DNA of 64,000 nucleotides from Clostridia bacterium (GTDB taxonomy: Bacteria > Bacillota > Clostridia > Oscillospirales > CAG-272), in NCBI GenBank assembly GCA_017428635.1, contig JAFRQK010000038.1:43677-107676 (forward strand), given 5' to 3'. This document shows, piece by piece, positions 56,944 through 64,000 of this stretch (position 1 is its first letter; each line of letters begins with the position of its first letter). The notes beneath the pieces were generated by a model. That model saw only the letters and a program-made list of their open reading frames with translations. It ran no database searches and had not been told where the DNA came from. The position numbers and the translations under genes were made by a program.

Positions 56944-58493
56944 TGAGTTACCTCCTCTGCTTTTTCAGAATGCGGCTTAGAAACGTTTTTCGTCATTAGA
57001 AGACCGATTTGTTCCTTAGTTGCTTCTCGGCCGTCGACAAACCCTGCGATCCTTCCGGATCCTATGACCATTATTCTGTCACAAAGTTCGACCAAAACGT
57101 CGAGATCTTCTCCCACGAATATTACGGCGACCCCGTTTGCTTTCTGCTGATTTAAAAGATTATAGATCATATACGAGGAGTTTATATCGAGTCCTCTTAC
57201 GGGATAAGCTGCCATCAGGACGGTAGGTGTCGACGCGATCTCACGTCCGACGAGGACTTTTTGAACGTTGCCTCCGGAGAGTTTTCTGACAGCCGTCGAA
57301 GCGCTCGGCGTAACGACTTCAAGACTGTTTATGATCTCATTTGCGAGGTCTCTTGGCTCTTTTCTTTTCAGGAATACGGATTTTCCTTTCCCGTAACTGC
57401 GGAGCATCATATTATCGACAATATCCATATTGCCGACCAGTCCCATTCCGAGACGGTCTTCGGGAACGAATGACAACCGGACACCGAGCTGTCTTATCTG
57501 TACGGGTGTTTTATCCCGTAAATTCTCATGCTTGTCCGTCTTAGGATCAATATAGGTTATTTCTCCGGATGAAATGTGTTGAAGACCGGCTATCGCTTCA
57601 AGAAGTTCTCTTTGACCGCTTCCTGCAATTCCTGCAATTCCGAGTATCTCACCCGATCTTGCGGTGAATGAAACGTCCTGAAGAACGTGAACTCCTTCCC
57701 TGTTTAAGCATTGAAGATCTTTTACGACAAGCCGGTCGACCGGGTTATTCGGTTCTTTTCGCTCAATGTTAAGAGATATTTTTTTACCGACCATAGCTTC
57801 CGTTAAGATCGATTCGTCTGCTTCCGAAGTTTTGATAGAACAGATATATTCGCCTTTTCTCAGCACTGCGACCCTGTCGGAGAGCGAAAGAACCTCGTGA
57901 AGTTTATGAGTGATGATTATAATTGTCTTTCCCTCTTCCTTCATCCTTCTCAGTACGTCGAACAGTTTATCGCTCTCCTGAGGAGTAAGAACGGCGGTCG
58001 GTTCGTCAAGGATTAAAATGTTGGCGTTTCTGTAAAGAACTTTGATGATCTCAACGGTTTGTTTTTCCGAAACGCTCATTTCGTATATCTTTTTCATCGG
58101 GTCGATGTCGAATCCGTATTTTTGAGCGATCGAAGCGACTTCTTTCGTCGCGGTCTTTAGATTGAATCTACCTTCGAGACCCAGAACGATATTTTCCGCG
58201 GCTGTCAATACGTCAACGAGTTTAAAATGCTGATGTATCATCCCTACGCCGTTATCAAAGGCGTCTTTGGGCGAAGTAATAACGACTTCTCTGCCGTTTA
58301 TGAATATCTGACCGGCATCCGGAAAATAAATACCGGAGATCATATTCATAAGAGTGGTCTTTCCGCTTCCGTTTTCGCCGAGTATAGCAAGTATTTCGCC
58401 TTTGTTGGCAGTCAGACAGACGTCTTTGTTTGCAACAATTGACCCGAATGTTTTCGTAATGTTTTTCAGTTCGAGTGCTGGAATTTTATCCAT
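56940..58493 (-). CDS. ABC transporter ATP-binding protein with duplicated ABC domains (NupO-like)
   Basis: Walker A GENGSGKTT, LSVSEKQ signature and ILDEPT Walker B in domain 1. Second, degenerate domain with LSGGNVQK. Confidence 0.92.
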   Translation of the reverse strand: MDKIPALELKNITKTFGSIVANKDVCLTANKGEILAILGENGSGKTTLMNMISGIYFPDAGQIFINGREVVITSPKDAFDNGVGMIHQHFKLVDVLTAAENIVLGLEGRFNLKTATKEVASIAQKYGFDIDPMKKIYEMSVSEKQTVEIIKVLYRNANILILDEPTAVLTPQESDKLFDVLRRMKEEGKTIIIITHKLHEVLSLSDRVAVLRKGEYICSIKTSEADESILTEAMVGKKISLNIERKEPNNPVDRLVVKDLQCLNREGVHVLQDVSFTARSGEILGIAGIAGSGQRELLEAIAGLQHISSGEITYIDPKTDKHENLRDKTPVQIRQLGVRLSFVPEDRLGMGLVGNMDIVDNMMLRSYGKGKSVFLKRKEPRDLANEIINSLEVVTPSASTAVRKLSGGNVQKVLVGREIASTPTVLMAAYPVRGLDINSSYMIYNLLNQQKANGVAVIFVGEDLDVLVELCDRIMVIGSGRIAGFVDGREATKEQIGLLMTKNVSKPHSEKAEEVTQ

Positions 58494-58584
58494 ATATGTT
58501 CCTCCGGTTTTGATCCTGAAAAGGAAATCTCATAAATGAGACGCCCTTTTCGGGACCAAACATAATGATCCCGATAACCCGATA

Positions 58585-58610
58585 AGGCGGAGCATATATA
58601 TGCTCCGCCT
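58585..58610 (-). terminator. intercistronic hairpin/attenuator between the SBP and ATPase genes
   Basis: Perfect 13-bp palindrome AGGCGGAGCATAT/ATATGCTCCGCCT, 20 nt after the BMP stop. Followed on the minus strand by the TTATCGGG TTATCGGG direct repeat. Confidence 0.6.
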
Positions 58611-58629
58611 CACGGATCAAAATGTAATA

Positions 58630-59931
58630 TCAGAACATTGCGTTGAGGAGTTCGATGCCGTCGATCTGAATGTCAAAATAAGGAGCTGAACGGTATTCGG
58701 ACTCAAGGAAAGCGCCGTCTTTAACGACTTCGGTATCACCCTGGAAGGCCTCATCGGTGTCAACGTCAGCCTGATAGCCGGTGAGATGACCGTCCTGGTC
58801 AACAGTCGCATTGACGTTCTTGTCTTCGGTGACGGTAACAGTGAACGCGGAGGTGTCAAATACTTTGATCTCACCGTTCTGGAGTTTAGCTTTCGCCTCT
58901 TCGATTGCTTCAACGGTACCTTCGGCAGCAGCTTTCTCGTTGACGTCGGTCAGAACGACGGATCCGGTCTCAAGAGTTCCGGTCCAGTCGGTGTCGATAT
59001 CCTTACCGTTCTTTACACAGTCGATAATGTATTCAAAGTAAGGTTCCCAGTTGATTCTGGAAGAAACGATGAAGGTGTTCGGGCATGCTTCTGCGGTAGA
59101 ACCGTTGTAGGAAATGTCCGGGATACCTGCATCTTCGCATGCGGTGGGAGCGCCCATGGAGTCAGCGTGCTGGCTGATGAGTTTGCAACCGCGCTGGATA
59201 AGTGTTTCGGCTGCGTTCTTCTCAGCGGTTTCGTCGTACCAGCTGCCGGTGAACTGAACTTCCATCGTAGCGGTCTTGCAAACGGAACGAGCACCGAGGA
59301 AGAAAGAGGTGTAACCGGAAATAACTTCAGCGTAGGTGTAAGCGCCGACGTAACCGATCTTGGCTTCTTCAGCAGTGAATTCACCGTTTTCGATCATTTC
59401 GTTGAGTTTCATACCTGCAGCGATACCTGCAAGGTATCTGCCTTCGTAGATGGATGCAAACGCATTGTGGAAGTTGTCAAGTTCTTCAGTGTGAGCGCAA
59501 GTACCGGTTGCGTGGCAGAATTCAACGTCCGGGAATTCTTCGGCTGCCTGAATAAGGAATTCCTCGTGACCGAAGCTGTCGGCAAAAATAAGGGAGCAAC
59601 CCTGATTCACAAGGTCTGCGGCTGCCTCATAGCATTCGTTTCCTTCGGGAATCGGCACTTTTTCGATATAGGTAACGCCGAGTTTTTCACAAGCGGCTTT
59701 CGCGCCGTCCATGAAGTTGCGGTCGTAGGTAGAGTTCTGATCGTGCAGATAGATAAAGCCGATCTTTATTTCCTCTTCCTGACCTTCGTCTTTGCTTTCG
59801 GATTCAACGGGAGCTGCCGACTGATCCGGGTTTGATTCCTGCGGCTTGTTCTCAGTGTTGCAGGAAGCGAGTGCGATGCAGAGCGAGAAAACCATCGCGA
59901 GCATCAAAATGACCGAGAGTACCTTTTTCAT
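58630..59931 (-). CDS. BMP-family (PnrA/Med/TmpC-like) nucleoside-binding lipoprotein
   Basis: Lipobox LASC, acidic linker, then a periplasmic-binding fold (IGFIYLHD...GYVGA...). First gene of the permease operon. Confidence 0.85.
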   Translation of the reverse strand: MKKVLSVILMLAMVFSLCIALASCNTENKPQESNPDQSAAPVESESKDEGQEEEIKIGFIYLHDQNSTYDRNFMDGAKAACEKLGVTYIEKVPIPEGNECYEAAADLVNQGCSLIFADSFGHEEFLIQAAEEFPDVEFCHATGTCAHTEELDNFHNAFASIYEGRYLAGIAAGMKLNEMIENGEFTAEEAKIGYVGAYTYAEVISGYTSFFLGARSVCKTATMEVQFTGSWYDETAEKNAAETLIQRGCKLISQHADSMGAPTACEDAGIPDISYNGSTAEACPNTFIVSSRINWEPYFEYIIDCVKNGKDIDTDWTGTLETGSVVLTDVNEKAAAEGTVEAIEEAKAKLQNGEIKVFDTSAFTVTVTEDKNVNATVDQDGHLTGYQADVDTDEAFQGDTEVVKDGAFLESEYRSAPYFDIQIDGIELLNAMF

Positions 59932-59994
59932 TCTTTTTCTCCTTCAAAGAATTGATTTATGTAATAAAATTACATACTGATTTACGAGCAGATT

Positions 59995-60567
59995 TCAACG
60001 GCGAAACGTTATTCCCGATTCGGACATGGAATCGATGACCGCGAGAGACTCAACCCTGATGCCTTCTTTTCTCAAACGGTCGCCTCCGCCCTGAAAGCCT
60101 TTCTCGATCTCGATCGCGGCGCCTGCTACTGACGCGCCGGCATCTTTAACGATTTTGATCAGACCGCGGAGGGCTTCGCCGTTTGCAAGGAAATCATCAA
60201 CGATTAAAACACTGTCGTCGGGCGATATGTATTCAGCGGAAACGGTAGCTGTGTAATCGCTTCCGTGAGTATACGAGTGGATCGGCGCGGATAAAACGGC
60301 GCCGTCAACGTTAGATGTTTTGCTCTTTTTAGCGAAAACGAGAGGGATTCCGAATTGTTCGGCGACCGCGAATCCGAAAGCAATCCCGCTGGCTTCGATC
60401 GTAAGAACCTTTGTAACGGTTGAAGATGAAAACAACGAGTGAACTTTACGCGCAAGATCACGTGTAAACGAAGTATCTATCTGCTGATTGATAAAACCGC
60501 CGACCTGAAGTATATTTCCGGAAAGAACACGGCCGTCACGTAAGATTCTATCCTCGAGTTCTTTCAT
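59995..60567 (-). CDS. xpt: xanthine phosphoribosyltransferase
   Basis: MKELEDRILRDGRVLSGNILQVGGFINQQID and PRPP loop VLIVDDFLANG, 190 aa. GGAGG RBS. Confidence 0.95.
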   Translation of the reverse strand: MKELEDRILRDGRVLSGNILQVGGFINQQIDTSFTRDLARKVHSLFSSSTVTKVLTIEASGIAFGFAVAEQFGIPLVFAKKSKTSNVDGAVLSAPIHSYTHGSDYTATVSAEYISPDDSVLIVDDFLANGEALRGLIKIVKDAGASVAGAAIEIEKGFQGGGDRLRKEGIRVESLAVIDSMSESGITFRR

Positions 60568-60585
60568 GACGTTGTCCTCCGATTC

Positions 60586-60708
60586 AAAAACAAAAAGCAG
60601 CCGGTATTACCTGCTGCAAATACTATCCGAATGAAAAAATGAAACCAATAGTCACAGCTTTGGCGCTGCGGTAGAAACGATCGGGCCATTCATCCGAAAA
60701 TATATTGG
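60586..60708 (-). promoter_or_regulatory. guanine-class purine riboswitch (aptamer 60645-60708) with intrinsic terminator expression platform (60586-60617)
   Basis: Minus strand: P1 CCAAUA/UAUUGG, P2 UCGG..CCGA with loop AUGAAUGGC, J2/3 UCGUUUCUAC, P3 CGCAGC/GCUGUG, J3/1 ACU with the guanine-specifying C. Then GCAGCAGG-N5-CCGGCUGC + U5GU5 before the xpt RBS. Confidence 0.85.
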
Positions 60709-60858
60709 CAACATATTACGTATATATGGTATCACATCGCAAAGTCAAAGTCAACCGCAAGAATGAATTTTTTCCGACAATTTTCATCTTTTATTATGTC
60801 CGAAAATTGTTACATTTGCCGTCCGATTCATGGTTTCACCACAAGATATTGTGGTAAG

Positions 60859-60887
60859 AGTACCCCTCCAGAGTCGGGAGGGGTACT
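60859..60887 (-). terminator. hairpin terminator after polC
   Basis: AGTACCCCTCC-N7-GGAGGGGTACT 11-bp stem starting 4 nt after the polC stop. The T tract is weak. Confidence 0.6.
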
Positions 60888-60891
60888 TTAT

Positions 60892-63800
60892 TCAGAACAT
60901 AGTGACCTGATCTGATTTAGGTAATGAAGAAGTTACGCCGTTTTTGTCCAGAACTTCCAGGACTGCCTTCGTTACGCCTGATTTCATTTTGAGATCTTCT
61001 ATTGAGAAGACCTCACCCGAGTCTCTTGCGGCTGCAATACTGTCGGCGGCCGACGTTCCTACTCCGGGCAGTGAGTCGAAAGGCATACGTATGGAACCGT
61101 TTTCCGGAATAAACCTGTGCGCGTCTGATTTTTTAAAATCGACGGGTAGGAATCTGTAACCCCTTTGCATGCACTCGTTGACGAGCGCCAAAGCATCAAG
61201 CGTGTCGCTTTCTTTTGCCGTTGCCTCTTTACCGAGTTTCGATATTCTTGAAATTTCATAGTTGACAGCGGAAAGGCCGCCTGAAACGATTTCGCCGTTG
61301 AATCCGTCGGGCGCGGCTGTGAAATAAGCGGCGTAAAAAGCCGTCGGATAATAGATCTTATACCATCCGAGACGCAGCGCGTCCATAACGTAAGCTGCTG
61401 CGTGCGCTTTGGGGAACATATATTTGATCTTCTTACACGATTCGATATACCAATCGGGGACTCCGTGCTCTCTCATGATCGATTCGAATTCGGGCGTAAG
61501 ACCTCTGCCCTTTCTGACGTCTTCCATTATTTTGAAAGCAACGAAATTATCGAGGCCGAAATCATGGATAAGCGTGAGCATGATGTCGTCACGGCACCCT
61601 ATAACGTCTTTGATCGTACAAGTGCCCGAACGGATCAGTTCGTCGGCGTTTCCAATCCATACGTTCGTTCCGTGAGTAAGACCCGAGATTTGAAGAAGGT
61701 CGGCAAAACAGGATGGCTTTGATTCCATGAGAACTCCGCGGATGAATCTCGTTCCCATTTCCGGAAGTCCGAGTGTTCCGGTATCGCTGTTTATCTGTTG
61801 CGGTTTAACTCCTATCGGATCGGTAGATGTAAAAAGCTTGTATACAGCGGGATCGCTCATTGGAACGTCGAGAATATTTGTTCCGGAATATTCTTCCAAC
61901 CGTTTATATTTTGTCGGAATATCGTGGCCGAGAATATCAAGTTTAAGTATAGTATCGTGCAGATATTTGAACTCGAAGTGCGTGGTTATAATTGATGAAT
62001 CGGCATCGTCTGCGGGATGCTGGACCGGACAGAATTCGTAAACGTCATGTCCTCCCGGAACTATGATGATCCCACCGGGGTGCTGACCGGTCGTTCGTTT
62101 GACCCCGACGCAGCCGCTTATCAAACGGTCGATTTCCGCGCGGTTGACCATAATTCCTCGGTCTTCAAGATACTTAACGGTGAAGCCGTATGCTGTTTTG
62201 TCAGCAAGGGCGCCGATTGTACCGGCGCGAAAAGCATGCCCTTCTCCGAAAAGTACTTCCGTAAACTTATGAGCGTCCGCCTGTACGTCACCGGAGAAGT
62301 TCAGATCAATGTCGGGAACTTTATCTCCTTTAAAACCGAGAAACGTCTCAAACGGAATATCGTGACCGTCCCTCACCATAGGCGATCCGCATTTCGGACA
62401 GTTGAGCGGAGGTAGGTCAAAGCCTGATTTAGCTCCTGTAGGGTTTGAAAAGTCTGAGTGCTTGCACTTCGGGCATCTGTAATGAGGAGGAAGAGGGTTG
62501 ACGAGAGTAATACCTGACATAGTCGCAACGAAAGACGAGCCTACCGAACCTCGCGATCCGACCTGGTATCCCTTTGATTCGCTGTTAAGAACAAGTTTTC
62601 TTGCGATAATGTACATAACGGCAAAACCGTTCCCGATGATGGATTTAAGCTCTCTTTCCAGTCTCTCGGCAACGATATCTGGCAGCGGATCACCGTAAAG
62701 TTCATGTGCGAGCGAATAGCACGACTCGGTAAGTTCCTTTTCTGCACCTTCAATATGCGGATCGAATTTACCTTTCGGGATCGGTCTGACGTTTTCTATC
62801 ATCGAAGCGATTTTTCTCGGATTATCGATAACGAGTTCTTTTGCTTTTTTATCACCGAGATAAGAGAATTCTTCAACCATCTCTTCCGTCGTTCTGAAAT
62901 ACAGTTTGGTAGGACGGTCGGCATCCGAATATTTCATGCCTGAAAGGAGAATTCGCCTGAATATTTCGTCTTCAGGTTCAAGATAATGAACGTCGCACGT
63001 TGCAACGGCGGGAATCCCGTTCCTGTAAGCTATTTCGCATAAACGAAGGTTGATATTTCGGAGTTCGTCCTCATCTTTTACTTTTCCCTCTCCGATCAGG
63101 AAAACGTTATTGCTGATCGGCTGAATTTCAATATAGTCGTAAAAACCGGCAATCTCATCAATTTCGCTGTCCGGCCTGTTTTCCAGAACGGCGCGAAAAA
63201 GTTCACCCGCTTCACATGCAGATCCGATTATCAGCCCTTCCCTTGCCTCTGAAAGTTGTGTTTTGGGTATTCTCGGGTAACGTCTGAAATACTTGAGATA
63301 AGAATCGGAAACTAGCTTGTACAGATTTCGAAGTCCGATTTGATTTTTCACAAGAATGATCTGATGGTACGGCCTGAGTTTCAGAGGATCGGCTTTTTCA
63401 CTCATAACGTAATTCATTCCTGCTACGTCGTGAATGCCTTCCTCTTCGAGCCTTTTGATCATCTTATCAAAGATCAAATACAGCATTTCGGCGTCTTCGG
63501 AAGCTCTGTGATGATCAAAGTCTCCGAAGCCGTAATGTTTAGCTACTGTGTCAAGTTTGTGATTGGAAAAATCAGGGTCAAGATACCGTGAAAGTGCGAG
63601 TGTATCAATATAAGGATTTTTAAACGGCAGTCCGACTCTTTCCGCAGCTGCTCTTATAAAACCGGTATCGAAAGACGCGTTATGCGCTACGAGCATTCTG
63701 CCGTCGCAATAATCGAGGAATCTTTTAAGGACTTTATCTATCGTGTCGGCGTCTTTTACTGTTTCATCTGAGATTCCTGTCAGTTCAGTTATATCGGAGG

Positions 63801-64000
63801 GGATGGGTATTTCGGGATTGATATACTCATTGAACCTCGAAGTGACCTCGCCTTTTTTGCAAGTGACTGCACCGATCTCAATTATTTTACAAGTAATGGG
63901 AGATAGGCCCGTCGTTTCGATGTCAAAGACAACGAACTCATCTTCAAAGGTTACTTCATCCCCGTTTGTAGCCGCTCTTTGTGTGTCGTCAACAAAATAA
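60892..64000 (-). CDS. polC: DNA polymerase III PolC-type alpha subunit, 3' ~1035 codons (5' end beyond the window)
   Basis: Exonuclease motif LVAHNASFD, then PHP/palm/fingers regions. The reading frame stays open upstream of the ORF-track Met (…VKDADTIDKVLKRFLDYCDGRMLVAHN) to the window edge. Confidence 0.95.
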   Translation of the reverse strand, partial: YFVDDTQRAATNGDEVTFEDEFVVFDIETTGLSPITCKIIEIGAVTCKKGEVTSRFNEYINPEIPIPSDITELTGISDETVKDADTIDKVLKRFLDYCDGRMLVAHNASFDTGFIRAAAERVGLPFKNPYIDTLALSRYLDPDFSNHKLDTVAKHYGFGDFDHHRASEDAEMLYLIFDKMIKRLEEEGIHDVAGMNYVMSEKADPLKLRPYHQIILVKNQIGLRNLYKLVSDSYLKYFRRYPRIPKTQLSEAREGLIIGSACEAGELFRAVLENRPDSEIDEIAGFYDYIEIQPISNNVFLIGEGKVKDEDELRNINLRLCEIAYRNGIPAVATCDVHYLEPEDEIFRRILLSGMKYSDADRPTKLYFRTTEEMVEEFSYLGDKKAKELVIDNPRKIASMIENVRPIPKGKFDPHIEGAEKELTESCYSLAHELYGDPLPDIVAERLERELKSIIGNGFAVMYIIARKLVLNSESKGYQVGSRGSVGSSFVATMSGITLVNPLPPHYRCPKCKHSDFSNPTGAKSGFDLPPLNCPKCGSPMVRDGHDIPFETFLGFKGDKVPDIDLNFSGDVQADAHKFTEVLFGEGHAFRAGTIGALADKTAYGFTVKYLEDRGIMVNRAEIDRLISGCVGVKRTTGQHPGGIIIVPGGHDVYEFCPVQHPADDADSSIITTHFEFKYLHDTILKLDILGHDIPTKYKRLEEYSGTNILDVPMSDPAVYKLFTSTDPIGVKPQQINSDTGTLGLPEMGTRFIRGVLMESKPSCFADLLQISGLTHGTNVWIGNADELIRSGTCTIKDVIGCRDDIMLTLIHDFGLDNFVAFKIMEDVRKGRGLTPEFESIMREHGVPDWYIESCKKIKYMFPKAHAAAYVMDALRLGWYKIYYPTAFYAAYFTAAPDGFNGEIVSGGLSAVNYEISRISKLGKEATAKESDTLDALALVNECMQRGYRFLPVDFKKSDAHRFIPENGSIRMPFDSLPGVGTSAADSIAAARDSGEVFSIEDLKMKSGVTKAVLEVLDKNGVTSSLPKSDQVTMF

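Noticed and set aside
58786-59835. 349-aa ORF antisense to the BMP lipoprotein gene (plus 59013-59384 and 58617-58913 in other frames)
   Set aside because: Same shadow-ORF explanation. The sense strand encodes a clearly recognisable lipoprotein with lipobox and RBS. The antisense product has no signals or motifs.

Overview
This 64-kb window looks like core chromosome of a moderate-GC, endospore-forming Firmicute of the Clostridia type. The spore-former call rests on spoIIID, a SleL/YaaH-like cortex hydrolase, a GerA-family protein and SLH wall anchoring. Coding density is about 90% and almost every long ORF is a recognisable housekeeping gene. In order: folD; rpsF-ssb-rpsR; htpG-pgm; gap; der-plsY; SRP RNA-dnaX-ybaB-recR; fhs-tsaE-tsaB-rpiB-pcrA-rodA; two tandem mgtC paralogues; an SLH/SGNH wall protein; a lipase gene and glpK; three singleton tRNAs; a NUDIX gene; spoIIID; galE and a nucleotidyltransferase; an amidohydrolase-FkbM-eda-kdgK operon; HIT; ask; DUF1015; an orphan solute-binding lipoprotein; dgt-dnaG-rpoD; hflX-yigZ; rpmE; an OmpR/HK pair; an orphan GerA-type protein; a guanine riboswitch-xpt-BMP nucleoside ABC operon; and the 3' two-thirds of polC. 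Many ORF-track starts are too long, and I re-set them using RBS position and N-terminal conservation. I found no transposase, integrase, prophage, CRISPR array, toxin-antitoxin pair or recognisable defence system. I cannot honestly point to a clear-cut novel system here. The items most worth a second look are: (1) a possible -1 slippage cassette in dnaX; (2) an S18 protein with an 80-residue acidic N-terminal extension; (3) a PHP phosphoesterase plus aldolase/SDR fusion in the slot after der-plsY where I would expect gpsA; (4) an FkbM methyltransferase and an amidohydrolase embedded in the KDG operon; (5) a lipoprotein with a split NlpC/P60-like Cys/His signature; (6) an orphan GerA-type subunit with a forespore-type promoter; (7) a guanine riboswitch that appears to control xpt together with a BMP-type nucleoside ABC importer. 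All calls come from reading the sequence and translations by eye. No database search, covariance model or folding program was run.
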